DNA from: Lytechinus pictus
Taxonomy: Eukaryota
Assembly: GCF_037042905.1 (NCBI RefSeq)
Contig: NC_087245.1
Span: forward strand, 40,054,001-40,118,000
Direction: 5' to 3'
Length of the DNA: 64,000 nucleotides
Shown here piece by piece: positions 50,000 to 64,000 of this stretch. The notes under the pieces were generated by a model, which saw only the letters and a program-made list of their open reading frames with translations, had not been told where the DNA came from and searched no databases. A program made the translations under genes and the position numbers. Position 1 is the first letter of the stretch, and each line of letters begins with the position of its first letter.

Positions 50000-52900
50000 T
50001 TAATAAAGAGACGCAATTAGTAATATGATAATGGTATTGCTTTTTTTCTACTGTTGTGAACAAAATATAGCCTTTTGTACCTGATTTGCCACAGAACTGC
50101 TGTTTGAATAGATTGCTATTTATGTACTTGGCCAGCTAGTGGCCCTTGGTTGTAACATCTGAAAGTACATATCCAATTGTTTACAAACAGTTGTTGTAAT
50201 CATACATGTACATTTTAATAAACACTTTATAACACAGGGCTCTGCATCTGGATAAAGTACACATAAAACCGTGGATCCTACTTGGTAAAACTGACAAAGT
50301 TTTGCCTGAAGACTATTTCCTACCCTCGCCCTGCTTTTTTTTCCCATATGCACTGGCTGCACTCGTTCTGATTAAGTACACCCAGTGCATCAATCTTTAA
50401 TTGTTTTGATCCCCTTTCCGTCCATTCCTCTTCCATCTTTCATAGGATTGATGAAGAGTTCTGATTCTTTTACCAGCCTGGATATGTCATGTAGGCTCTA
50501 TCTCATAGAGTGGATTGTTTTCATTCTGATATTATGTACATCACATGTCACTATGCCTGAGTTATTCACAAAAAAAATTGATAATAGTTAGAAATGGGCG
50601 ATTAAGATTAACGGGGGGGGGGGGTAAAAAAACCTTCCCCCAATGTTGGTGGAATATCATATTTCACATCTTTACATTGAACATCCATGACCATCTATTT
50701 CCAGAGATTGTTTTGATTTAGGTTTTTAACTATCATCATAATCTACTATTCTGCAGTGGAGTAATGAAGAGTCACAAACAAAGAAATCAATATTGCAGCC
50801 TCCCCAAGCACCAGGATTATGACGTTATGGGCTGAAAAATTCAAGCGCAAAATTGGAGGAATCCTGCCTGGTACTATTATTGTCTTTTCATAGTTCTATT
50901 TGGTTGATTAAAAGTTCAGGTATCTTATAAAATTTTATAGATCAAGATATTAAAGGAAAATACGATTTTAAGTGGTTCTTTTTGGTGACACTGAATTTCT
51001 TATTCTTTATTTTAGCGGTTAAATGGTCTTCGCGGAAAACCTGAGCAGTCACCAGTCAAAAAAAAATACAATAATGTCCTTGTGTTTGATATATCGGTAC
51101 ATTATGAATCAACTACCATACATTTTTGCAGAGAACTTTTTTGGAATTTGCATAAAAATTCATTTGTAATTTATGCTCTAATAGATCAAACTGATTCAAG
51201 ATGTCAACTCAAAATACTTAATGTCACTATTAATTATCCAAATGTGTGGGATTGCCCACATTTTAAAAGCTTATAAAATATGAATTCTGTCCATTTTTGT
51301 GTGTGGGGTGGGTGGAGGGGGAGTATTTTGATGTGCCTATAATGACACTGAATGTTGTGTGACACATGACTTGGCAGCTAATGTACCTTCAAAAGTAGTT
51401 TAGAATACTTTTGATTTGTCTTCAGAAAGTTGATTCAGAGAACATTGTGTGGGAGGTGCTTCCTGTTCAAGTGAATGTTACATCAAGTAAATAACAAGAT
51501 TATGCTCTTTAACAAGCAGACTTTTAGCAGTCCTACATACAACAGTACATGAACATCATAAATATGGCTGAGGGAAACTTTTAAACAAGGTTGCTGGTGT
51601 TACTATCAAGGGTCGGAAATAGTTTTTAAATTGTTACATGGGTCTTTGTTGCACATGTAACAGTGTTACTTTATAGTTTCAGATCTTTTTTTTTTTTTTT
51701 TTTTTTTTTCAAAGTATGAATTATTGTTAGAACTGAAACTTACGGTTTAAAGAGGAAAGGGTGACATTGAAATGTGAAAGAGGAAATTTCCCAAGGAACA
51801 TGTATGTTAATTCTGGACAAAAGTTGATGCAAAAGTGCCTTTCTCTATAAAGCTTTGCATTCCATTACACCGAATTACAGTGCTGAGAATATCTTCCGTG
51901 AACAGCAAAGTGAAATAATTTGAAAGATCCTTACATGAACATGCACATGTGGGACTGAGGGAGCACACGTATTGCTATGTTGTTTAATAGTTCATGCAAT
52001 GATACCTGTGCACAGACTCCCGTGGGGATGTTGACATCACGTCTTCAGTAAGGAAAGGAAAACCCATAATTGAATTCCCAAATTGCATTAGCCATGTAAT
52101 AAAGATGAAAGCTTTGGATTTCATAGTGTCTATCCTTGTGCTCCCATTGCGTCACTTGCGATTTCCATCCGGTTTTCTTGCTCTTTTGAAAGTGCTGTTG
52201 GATTTCAAAAGCAATTACCGATGTAAAAGATTGCCTCCTAAAAGCATCCATCCTGCTGGGAATATTGAATTTTTAATGGCCATTTTAGTAGTTATTTTGT
52301 TATTATTACAAAAAAATCAATTCAGTTATTTCATTGCTGGATATTCATTTATATTCTTTCCCTCAAATCTCTTCATTTCTCTTTCTGTACTGTTTAAATT
52401 ATCCTTTCTAGTGGTGATAGTCGAAGATACCACACACTGTACAATCAATTAACTAAGAAGTTGAATGTCTCCATCAAGAACAACTTGTGATACAAAACAC
52501 GTTTGCTATTGCTGCTGTGTAAGGAATGCACATATAGGCATTTGTAACTTAACTTTGTTTTTTTTAGGCCATTATGCATCAAAATTCAAAAATATTTTTT
52601 TGTGCAAAACATTTCTATTTGTCCCACTCCCAGGATGTTATTTCCACGTCTGATTATTTTGTGAAAAATATGAACAAAGTTATTGTTACTTTGTCGCTTT
52701 CCATACCATGAATGCCTTCTTTATTTGTAGGTGGAATAATGGAAAATTATTTTGAGCATTCCATTGTGAACTGTCACGTTCTTGACATTCTTGTGATTGA
52801 GAAAGGTTAGGGGTCAAGTGGAAATTCATGCTACAAATTTATTCCTCACCTTCCCCGACATGCATGAGAGTGAATATGTTTTTTTCTGTAACCAACGCTA

Positions 52901-53970
52901 CATGTACATGTACTTGGATGCAAGTAAAAGCCACTGAATGTGTGTATATTGCTGCTGCCAGGCCGCATACATACAAAACTATGTAACTTAAAGTTGTTGG
53001 TCAATAATTTTTTTGTTGTCCTTTTTTCTGTAAAAAAACACCATAGTTACTTGAAAATTAACATATCCATTGCAGTTTTGAAATTCAACCTGAAATTCTC
53101 ATGTAACAGCAATGGGAAGTATTTCTATTAAATAGTCAAAGCAAAATCTAATGATATCTACATAGGAGATTCTCTCTTGAGTAATTAAAGAATATTTTAG
53201 CCTCTGTCCACTATACATGTACATGTACATATGTATACTATTGCAGCTAAAAACAAAATGACAGTATTACACTCAAAAGGTACCATTTGTTCTACCTTTA
53301 TGTCTACATGTACATATAGCAAGAATTGTCTTGTATTAGTTTCCATGGAGAAAAAGCTGTCTCATTTTAATGATTTTTAATGATATAAAGGAATAAGAAA
53401 TTTACTTGTAAGTCAATGCATAAGTAATAAGTAATCAATTGTCATTAATATTAATTTCAGTCTGTGGAAGAAATCTCGATTCATTTTTCATTGTTTTGAA
53501 TATTCTGAAATTTTAACAGTTCAGGGGCGGCAGAAAGGTCTTGAAAGGGGGGGGGGGTGACCGTGTAAAAAAACACACAATCCGATGGTCATGTGATGAT
53601 GTTTATTGTAAAAAGTGGGGGAGGGGTCCTGAAGCCCCTCCCCCCTGCATGTAGTCCTACATTTCATGTCGCATGCATGTAATAGAGAGGATTGGCGGTC
53701 AGGGGAGTTGGCAGTATTACAGAGAGCTCTGTATTTATACATTTCTCTTGTAATAGTAGATCCATCAAGTTTAATTACCCATGATCCAATGGGGGTCGAT
53801 TACACGAAGACCTGCCCGGTTTGTTAGTGTTTATACGGCACGAACTGTACTCTGCATGTCAATTATAATGTTTGAGAATCTCGAGGAGCATGCAAATAAT
53901 ATTGATGTAAATGATCTAAAGATTTTGTCTTTAATATCATACATGTATAATGGTATTATTTTGGATTAGG

Positions 53971-54332
53971 CAGAGATGCCAACCAGTACGTTTTTGGCGT
54001 ATTTAGTACGTTGTTGCAACCAAAATACGACAGAACGTTTTTTCTTTTAAAATTATGATTTTGTTAAAAAAAATAACACAATTATGGTTATTGGATCAAA
54101 GTAATTTCAGGTATTTTTTTCTCGATTATTTTGTTGAAATCAGGGTGAGATATACACATGTTTCAATGTTTTTTTTTCAAGAGCAGTGCGCATTTTAACT
54201 TGCATGCAGGTTGAGCGCCACGATGAGCGTGCGCGCCACACATTTTATTATGAAATACATTTTTTGGGGGAAAAATGTACTTTTTATTTATCACAGAATA
54301 CAATTTTTCATTCCCAGAGGTTGGCAGGTCTG
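53971..54332. mobile_element. hAT-like MITE
   Basis: CAGAGATGCCAACC...GGTTGGCAGGTCTG; a related start CAGAGCTGCCAA lies at 63599. Confidence 0.7.
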
Positions 54333-56338
54333 ACTTGGTCCCTGAATTCCGTAACAAAACTATTCTTTATATGTAGTCTGTAAAAAATTGTACCCCTTGG
54401 TTAAAAACTGGAACTTGTTGAATCATATTTTAGGAATAATAGCTTAAAGTTAAATGGCTGAATGACCTAGAAATAGAAAAGGTGATGTAAAAGGAGGACA
54501 TGTTTGGAATAACCGTACAGTATTTTGTAAATTTTTGTATAATGCTGGCATGCTGGGTTTTCGACACTCTGTTATGACTTCCAGCCTACATGTGAAAGAG
54601 TTTAGTACTTGTGTGTGTGCCAAGTTAGGCTAATAATCCTTAATGAATGATTCATGAAACCTAGACAGTAAACGCCTTACAAGTATAACTTACTGTATTT
54701 TGAGCTTATATTGATTTCGCAGGAGGGAAACGGAAAACATTGAAACAAATCTTGAATACGATAGATCAGCAAGAGAAGTTACATGTACAATGTAACCTAT
54801 ATTTGTTGAAAGGTTGTGTAAAGTCGATTCTGAGTAGTATATTAGAATAAGGGTGTGTCCTTATTAAAAAAAGAAAAGCCCCTTGAAGATGAAACAATGC
54901 AACCTCAATTATAATGATGCTGCAGTGCAGGTTTAGGGGAAATGGCATTTTTAAGTAAACAATTTATACAACAATATTTTAATACATAAACTGTATGTAT
55001 TCAAATATTGTATCTCTGAAAACTAGAAAAGATTTAACAAATTTTACTAGATGTACATGTAGAATTGAACTTTGTTAAGAAAGAGAAAACCTTTCTTTTA
55101 TTTTATTTAAAATGGTTTGCTTTTTAGGAGGTGCCCGATTGCTTGAAGAACTTGCTTAGCTGCTTAAATCCCCACGTATTGGTTGATGCATTCACACAAA
55201 TTTGTGTTGGATTAATTGCTTGGTATAATAAGAAAAAATATAATACATGTTTCTATTAATCACTTTGCCAAGTTAAGTGGCACATTGCCTTTAACTCATT
55301 AGCAGTCTACAATGGCTTTTTGAAATTGTCAAGGGCTATTTTGAACATTTTAGGGGCGAATTGCCTTTTTGCCCTTGTCAGGGGGGAAAATGCATGGGGC
55401 TTGGGCCAATGTATGAATTGTAATATGAGTTTGGCTAGCTCAAAAATTAGTCTCCGAAAGTCTTTTTTTCTGTATATTTTTCCCCCTGGCCCTTGTGCAC
55501 CCCATGATGATTCTCTAGCCATGTAACATATTTTTTCTGCTTTACAGTGTGAAAAGTATTTGGTTTAACTTAGAGTCAGTATTGTACAATGTATTATCAC
55601 AGTCGGTCTGTATGGCATGGCTTCTTTTTTTATTAGATGTACATGTAACTGTTTTCATCTTCAATCAGTCCTGACATGAATCATAAATAACTACTCTCTA
55701 CATATTGTATATCGCAGTGTAGACTGGGTAGTGCATGCAATTTGTTTAGCTTATTTGCTTGAAGGTTGATAGAGATTTCTAAGAAAATAAATATTGGTAT
55801 ACAGTATGATGGCGATGACATTCCACCGTGTTGGCTTGACAGCATGCTGGGTTCAATCTTAACATATTTTTTTCTGTAGAAATATGTTTTTCAAAGACAT
55901 TTATTAGTAATTCAAACCAAATTTGTATCCAGTTGTTGGTTGGTCTATATCACATTTGTTTCATTTTGTTTTTGTTTCTGTTTCTATTTTCAGATTTGGT
56001 AATTTCTTCATTTATTGATTATACACTTTTTTTACAATCCCGGTGATTGATTTATTGTATGAAAATTGAGCATTTTGAAACCTCTTTATTAAGTATTTTA
56101 TTATAAGTATTATAATGATTATTATTATTATATTATTATTATTATTATCATCATTATTAGTATACAAGCAATTTTGGTCAGTCATAAAAATGACACGATT
56201 CCCGCAAGAAAGTTGTGCTTTTGACTTTTGGAAATATGCTTTTAATAAAAGCTGGGAAGGGTGCTACATATTTATGATTTAATGCAACAAGATGAGACAA
56301 AAAAAAGGAGAGATTTTGACAAAAAAATAATTTTACTA

Positions 56339-56480
56339 GTGCCCTGTTTCATAGAATTACCATTATGGTAACTTTTTCATCTAATAGAATCATTGGCTGT
56401 TGATCAGCGTTTCCATGGTAGTGAGCATTGGATTGCAAAGTTACCATAATTAATAGTAACTTTTATGCAACGGGACCCTG
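56339..56480. mobile_element. Degenerate Harbinger-like MITE
   Basis: CCCTGTTTCATAGAATTAC...GTAACTTTTATGCAACGGG. Confidence 0.55.
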
Positions 56481-59010
56481 AAGTTTAGCCTACATTAAGT
56501 GCAATAATAATTTTTTTTTACAGTCTGTACTTGAGTACAGGAAAGGTTTTACATTTTACATGTATACTTTATTATATAAATGGTTATTTTTGTAAAATTA
56601 GCAAGTCAGTGCTTGAAAAAAAAAGATTAACTTATAATTTGCCATACACTCGCATGGTTTGCAAAAGGGTGGTAGGATATGCATGCCAGTGCCTGTCGAT
56701 TCCTGTGCAGCTGGCATAAGGGTGTTCGTAGCTCTCGCGCGCGATACGAATTATATGTACATTGTGTGTTAGAGTTAATGTCCTTCTGCCCGGCCAACAG
56801 GAAGGGGAATTGACACAAGCGTACAGATCCTAACGCCCTTGTGCCACCGAGGCGACAAATTGTACGTCTACTGGTGTGGAGAAAGCATCACAGATATCAT
56901 GTAAAATCCCCAGGAACTTCCCATCTGCTTGGGCCCCATTTCATAAAACATTTTATCATAAATGTGCAATAATAGTTTTAAGCTACTAAAATCATTCAAT
57001 TTGATTGGCTATTTATTAGTGAACTTGTCATAGAAATTGTGAATTTGTTATTATACATGTAACATGTCGGTTTGAAACAGTTCCCTGGCTCAAAAAAATG
57101 AAGGAAACCACAGTATGTGAAATGGATGGGTATGTTATTGAGATAAATTGCAATGAGAACTGCTAAAATATGAACGATCAGTTTTAGTCTTGAGTTGTTT
57201 ATTCTGATGATTCTTTCCAGAAACAAATCAAAGCTGATCACTGAAAGTACTGCCAAAAAGCCTTGGTAAATGCTGTTGAAATGATGACCGCGGAATAGAT
57301 TCAGGTTGTTCAATTCACCTAGATCCGGAGGACAGTGGCAACATAATTATGTTAACCAAAAAGCTGGATTGATTTCGCCCAGTCCCCGGCATCTCATTCT
57401 ATCAAGCCCCCTGCATGCTGTAGTCTTCATGCTCAGACCCTGTAATGGATAGTATTTTTCAAGGGTATTTGTGGTTCTACACATCACTTTGCCCTGTGTA
57501 TGGGGCCCTGTGCCTAATATTGATGGAAATAATGGTATTCATGGAGGTCAAAGTTGACAGTTTGTTACATGTACATAACAGAGCTCTTTTTGAACATTGC
57601 AAACTGACAATTGTTATCTTCATAATTGTACAATTTATTTTTTAAATACGTGCTGGCCTACATGAGCAGAAAACCACAAAAAATAATGAAGTATTCTGTC
57701 CATTGCACTCATAAATATTCATTATTTGTATAATGTTTAATTTTATATTGATGGTGATGATTGAACTGTGGATATTATGCACAATTCTTGCATTGGATAT
57801 GAACCAGGCGGATGCCCTATTTCGCTCCTCAACTTGCTGGCAAGATTACCTGTTCACAGCTGAGTGCCCCTAGGGAAATGATTGCAGTGAACACAGCTAG
57901 AAGAAATTGCTCTTCACCTAGTCTCAGAGAAAATACACTTTTTTCCAGCATGTCCCATCTTTTAGAAAATTGTTAAATCGCCCTTTTTATGTTGCTTATG
58001 TTTATATTTTATTTCTGCCCACAGTAGCATGCCCAGGTTGGGGGGGGGGGGTGGTGGCAACACTTGGGATAAGAGAAAACACTGTGTCCCAGCTCATTGG
58101 ATAATAAATGACCTTTATTATTGGTGCTTGTCATTTGTGTGGACAGCAATGTCATTTCAAGATAACCCCTTTCCTTAAAAAAGAGGCTTGTGGCCCAAGC
58201 AGACTTCTTGCCTTTATATACATGTATAATATTCAAAGGTCATTTTCTTGTGTATGAAAATGATAACAAATTTTGGACTACCTTTATGTTGATTAGAGTT
58301 GAAATTTAAATTAATTATAAACAATTTGTGAATCGTCAAATTATAGGGTTAAGCCATGTTTTAATCAATGATGGGATTAAGAAGCACACAAGAAGGTATG
58401 GATACAAAGTCATCAGATCATAATCTTGCTATAATCTTTGGCTCTGTAACATTTTCTCCGGCGACAATTGCTCCGATGGAAAATCTGCACGTTAAAGACA
58501 AACCTAAAACCTAACCTCTAAAGACTTATTTAACCCTAATCCTTATGTTTGCATTATTCTGGACAAAACGATTTTCCAATTTTAACTGTAACCCTTTGCC
58601 CTCTGAGATATCAAGACTGGAGCAAATGTCGCAGGAGCGTACCTGTATGTCTGTGTCACTGCATATACGTATATGTACATGAAGTACATGTAGCTTACCA
58701 GCCTCTGTCAACCAAACTACACAAAACCATATCTCTCGGAAGCTTAACAAGTTGCTAATTACATTAAATCAGGCCCTCGCACCAGTAGGTAACAATACAT
58801 TGACAGCTTTAATGGGTTCTGGAGGTCACATGAAATCGGAGTAGGTCCATATCTTATGTAGATAGCATTGGGAATATGTGTCCCACACAATACATACATG
58901 TATATGAGGTCAATAGGATTAAGATGTTACATAAACTTCGCACATTGTGTTTTGCTTTTTACCTACATGTAGCATTCGTCACATATATACATTTCATGCT
59001 AGGTTTTTAA

Positions 59011-59393
59011 GGCCGCCGCACATCTTACATTTGGTAATTTTCTGAAAATGTGAATGAAAAGTTTCTTTTTATTTGATGTTCATATTAACTGATAGAATAT
59101 TAATAACTGTATAACAATTTTGAATGATTACAAATCTTTATTTTGGAGTAAAGGCCAAATTATGTTTCAAATCGTAACCAATCGTACGATCGCTATGACG
59201 TCATTACAACTAGATATTAAATTTGCTTTTATTCTGATAAGGAAGATAGCATAGTTACAGATTTGAACGTAGGTATTCGTGCGATGACTTAGAACATTAC
59301 GCAGTACGATATCCCATGTTTCAATATTAGCATCAAATTCTACGTTTCATTCCAAAATTGGGTCGCAGACCAGTTGTAAGGTGTGCGGTGGCC
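59011..59393. mobile_element. Harbinger-like MITE
   Basis: GGCCGCCGCACATCTTAC...GTAAGGTGTGCGGTGGCC with TAA/TTT flanks. Confidence 0.7.
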
Positions 59394-61125
59394 TTTATGC
59401 ATGAACATTTTCACAGCGAACTGCAAGTACAATAAAGCACACTAATTCATTTGTAGCCCTCGGTGAATAGGTGTTTGTGCAGATAACTCTTTAGCACCAG
59501 TCCAACGTAAAAGTGGAGCATTAAATATATATATTCCTTTTTGTCTTTCGTGCAAACGAAATGCAGTAGATGATGAGCACCAGATACATATAGATGAAAC
59601 CCAATTAAACTTGGCTAATGTAATATTAGTCTGCTATCGCTACAGCGCTCATTGGCGCACATAGTATGATATTGCCACAGTTTTCACATTTGAAGCCCAA
59701 ATTAAGCCCAAAATATCAATCATATTCAATGATAATCAATTTTCGTGCAGTGTTTTGACCGATTTGGAGTAGGTCCATATCTTATGTAGATAGCATTGGG
59801 AATGTGTGCCACTCAAATATACATGTAGTAGTCTGTTCAAGACTAGAAAGACCTTTTTGTTGTTGAAACATTGCCTATCACAGTTCTCTCAAAGATCTGT
59901 GAAAATATTTGTAGATATATATACAGCGCTTTAGAAACATTGTAATAACTAATAAGCCCTTTATAAAATGTTGCCCATTATTATTATTGTTATTATTATC
60001 ATTGTATTAGAATGACAGGTAAATACCCCCCCCCATTTCTATGCATGTACAGGTCTTCATTTTGTTTCTACATAAATAAAACCCACATAAAACATTAAAG
60101 CTTTGCTCCTTTTGGAGGGGGGGGGGGGGGGCTAGTACACCTGTCTTTATAGCATTGCATGTGATTGTATTGTAGCAGTTTGTAAAGAGAAAAAAAAATT
60201 ATATAAAAGAATTTATGATGCACTGGAACAAAAAACAAAAAAATAAAGCATCCAAAATATACCACTCGCATATTCAAGATATGGACTATCGATATCAATT
60301 TTAGAAGATTATCAAGCATTATTGGGTCTCAGTATAAACACTGCAAAAATCTGTCATTATTACCACTATCTCAAAATCAAATTGACCTTATGGAGGAGTT
60401 GAAGAGCTCTTCAAATATTGACAGATTATGCTACTGATGCAATTTACCACAGCTGATTAAAGATGCTGGAAAAATATTTTTGAATCGATCAGCGCATTTT
60501 GCTGTACATGGTTGATGTATAGTCACTCTCCAACTGAAATGTACCATTTTTATTGCCATTTATATATTGTATAAATTCCTTATTTGTTATATTTCAATGC
60601 ACTTGTGTTTTGGTGTGTGAATTGATGCAGATTGTGGTTGTTTGTTTTATGGTTTGGTGTTAGTTAAATCTATTGCAGAATTCAATGCATATACGTACAC
60701 CAAAATTAGCACCGGGCAGGTCGTGTAATATCGCACTGTATACATGTACATGTATTATGTTCATATTAGTAGCAGTAGTAATAATTATCTAAACATATTT
60801 TATAAAGATATCATGATGTTGAGGATACATGTTCATAAGAGAGCATCTCTAAGATGTAAAATAATATACATGTATACAGTGACATGATTATGAAGAAAAT
60901 TTTTATGGAGAGCTCAGTTTATAGTATTGAAGGCAATAATAATTAAAAGCGTTTATTATGCATTTTATAAAATATTTCATAATATGAGGATGCATATTCA
61001 CGGAAGCTCTGAGATAACAAGATTCATAACAGTGACATTCATTTAATGATGAAGCATTTTCTTTTATTGAAGAGATAAGTTTAGTCTTGGAATTAGCTTT
61101 TTGACACCTACATACCAGTCATTAA

Positions 61126-61410
61126 AGACATACCACAAGTATTGTGGTAAAATAGGAAAAAATCAACATTTTGAAATGCTCAGTAAGTTGATTTATCAAC
61201 CCAATCTAAAACCCCATACCTATCATGTATTGTGTAACAAGCCATACCACAAGTATTGTGGAAAACTAGGAAAAAATCAACATTTTGAAATGCTCAGTAA
61301 GTTACATCATCAACCCAATCTAAAACCCCATACCTATCATGTATTGTGTAACAAGACATACCACAAGTATTATGGAAAACTAGGAAAAAAAATCAACATT
61401 TTGAAATGAT
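61126..61410 (+). repeat. 114-bp tandem repeat, about 2.5 copies
   Basis: ATACCACAAGTATT at 61130, 61244 and 61358. Confidence 0.85.
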
Positions 61411-62319
61411 CAGTATACATGTAGCTGCATAAAACTCCTATTTCCAAGTACATGTACACCTGCATTTATGCAAAGCTACTCCCTCACACCCACATTTCCC
61501 AGGTAAAAGGTCGAATTACCCCTTCTGACTTGCTCCACGGCACGCAATATCGCCCCAGTTTGTTGATTTGTCTCCGTCACCGTGGGGGGACTGACGTGGT
61601 TGCACGGGAGAAAAGTTGCAGGCGCCAACTGCGCGCTTTTCACCCTTGATTGCCCGTTGTTTTTCTGAGTCGGGGATGCGTGTCGCAATCGTCGGTTCGG
61701 ATTATATCAACACACTGTCCGTAAATAGCAGGTCTCATCGTACTCTCGTATCATCGGGAGTGGGGAGAGGTGTCGGTGGGGTATACTTTCAGTTAATATA
61801 CTTCATTAATTTAGTGATCCTCCATTGAGCATGCAATCAGTCTTATTCAGAGAGATCATTTTATTCCCTCTTGGACGCATTGGCTCTTCATGAAATAGGG
61901 AATGAAAACTAAAGTGCTATTGCTATATGAGTTATCAATCACTTATTAATACTGGTTATCCATCAAGACTGGATGATGTATTTTTAAGGGATAGTAAAAG
62001 ATAGTAAATATAAATATTTTGGGGCAGTTTCATGCTTATGTTGTTTTCTTTCTTTGTTTTTCTGTTATGTTCGTGTCCTGTATGAAAAGGTACCATTTTT
62101 TCATTTCCAATTGTATGGGATCTGTTATTGATTCAAATAAGCCTTATTTTTTTGTTCCGGTTTGGTACTACATAAGGATCAATATCATTCAAGACAATAT
62201 TCTTTTATTTTCATGTCAAACAGATGTAAAGTGTTATCAAAATGTCTCATAAGACACAGCATGGAATCACGCTTTTGAAGGGATCGTTATCATTCCAAGT
62301 AGGCCTATATACATGTATA

Positions 62320-62868
62320 CCCTTTTTACACAGGATTTTCTTAACCCCGGACTATCGCTAACCCCGTACTATCCTTAACCCCGTACTATTTTTTTTCCTT
62401 TTTACACATGCCAAATTGTTATTGCTAACCCCGGATAAGGAAAGCTTGCTTTTCACACACGAAACTCGCTAACCCCGGACTAGTGGTTTTTGTCTATCAT
62501 TCGTAGTACAAGTACTTCACTCGTACCTTTTTACACACGCTACAATTTCCTTAACCCCGTACTATAGGTGGGGCCAAATTGCCATTTAGCCCCACCTATA
62601 GTACGGGGTTAAGCTTAGCCCACTTTCGTTTTACACTAGCAATCTTAACCCCGTACTATCGCTCTTAGCACCGCAATTGCTGGGATAACCCTGCTTTTTT
62701 GCAGGGCCAAATAATCCCGTACTAAAGGTGGGGTTAGCCCACTTTGCAAAAATGCTGTGTAAAAAGAAAGTGGGCTAAGCTTAACCCCGTACTATAGGTG
62801 GGGCTAAATGGCAATTTAGCCCCACCTATAGTACGGGGTTAAGGAAATTTTAGCTTGTGTAAAAAGGG
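62320..62868. mobile_element. Fold-back MITE with nested palindromes, TA flanks
   Basis: TA|CCCTTTTTACAC...GTGTAAAAAGGG|TA; many TAACCCCG(T/G)ACTA motifs. Confidence 0.8.
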
Positions 62869-64000
62869 TAATGGTATATTACTAACTACTTGTGTGCTCC
62901 TTTTAAGGGCAAGAAGAAATTCACTCTCAATAGTTTGGATTGAAGAGACAGGATGCTGAAAGACTTGGTGACTATATTAATTTTTGATTATTAATGAAAA
63001 TAATAAAATGTAATAAAGAGATGCAGCATTTGATTTATGACTTTTACCTTGAACATAATCATATCATAGAATGAAGTAAAATTCTATTTGCAAGCATATC
63101 TACATGTAAACAAGGTCATTTCATTGAAATTGACTACGCAATGAATTTGATGGAGCGATCCTAATTCCTTGCCCGAAAAATGACTCCCCCACTCATACTT
63201 TACATTCTGTCCAACCTTCCATTGCCTTCATCTTCGACTTTTATCGTTTGACTTTTATCGTTTGCTGTAAATTATTGTGAGAGCTATTTTCCACTTGTGA
63301 CTGTATCAAATTCATCAAACGCTGCACGGTGAATGTGAGATGTAGAATTGATCTCCATTTGTAGACAAGCCATATAAAATTTGACTGAAGAACGACCTCT
63401 CCACTCCTGAAGAGGCTTGTGCCTCTAGTAAATTGAAGACGGAGATCAATTTCATACAGGCCCCAGTGCCTGTGTTAGGGGGAATGTCGAGCATCACTCA
63501 ACATGCAGTTATTTCCCCATGCACTATGGAAATTCATTTCCCTCTGGCTTTTATTCTAATTTTGTTGGAGGTGGAGGGGGGGAAGGGGATGGATATTGCA
63601 GAGCTGCCAAATAGTACGATTTTGTCGTATTCCGTACGATTTTTCACTTAAAATACGACACTAGGATTTTTACAAATAAAATACGATTTTTTGAAAATAT
63701 AGCTATGGTAAGGCTCGACATAACAGAAATCCACCTCGGGCAATCATTATTGAAAAATGTTAAGTTTTGGTGGCCCGAATCGGGCAACCAATAATTTTCA
63801 AAGTAGCGCAATTTTTCTCCCGATTTTGCACCATTTATCAACTTTATACAGTTCAAATTGCAACCAATTCGTCATGCGCCCTTTTTGTTGATCTACACAC
63901 AAATACACACACACATGACAGTACATAGGCTTACCGCTCTAGCATACAGTAGCTATTATCCAGCCGGCCGGCTGGCGTGCGTGAGCTTTGCATGAAACCA

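Noticed and set aside
56891..56930. Scribble exon 3 candidate (cag|ATATCATG)
   Set aside because: In-frame TAA after three codons and no LRR similarity.

Overview
Eukaryotic (animal) genomic DNA: AT-rich, with spliceosomal introns and a high density of transposons. The repeat types suggest a marine invertebrate, probably an echinoderm such as a sea urchin (inference). There are two divergently oriented host genes. The first is a complete 10-exon SLC17/sialin-like anion transporter on the minus strand (ATG 20886 to stop 2827, 544 aa reconstructed by hand). The second is a scribble/LAP-family LRR gene on the plus strand, of which only the first two coding exons (29384-29545, 44937-45054) were found; the rest presumably lies beyond the window. 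The remainder is a decayed pogo-like DDE transposase, a 5'-truncated LINE RT, SINEs, a RecQ-like helicase fragment and many non-autonomous DNA elements (CWG/TWA-TSD Harbinger-like, 8-bp-TSD hAT-like, TTAA-TSD Kolobok-like, Helentron/HINE-like), often nested. The two most notable observations: (1) a TIR-bounded mini-element carrying an intact tRNA cloverleaf with a UCA (opal) anticodon and a Pol III terminator; (2) pervasive TA-CATG-TA and TA-GGCC-TA motifs, with CATGTA appearing as a precise 6-bp insertion in several repeat copies, consistent with DNA-transposon excision footprints concentrated in the scribble introns. Family assignments come from motif recognition only; no searches were run.
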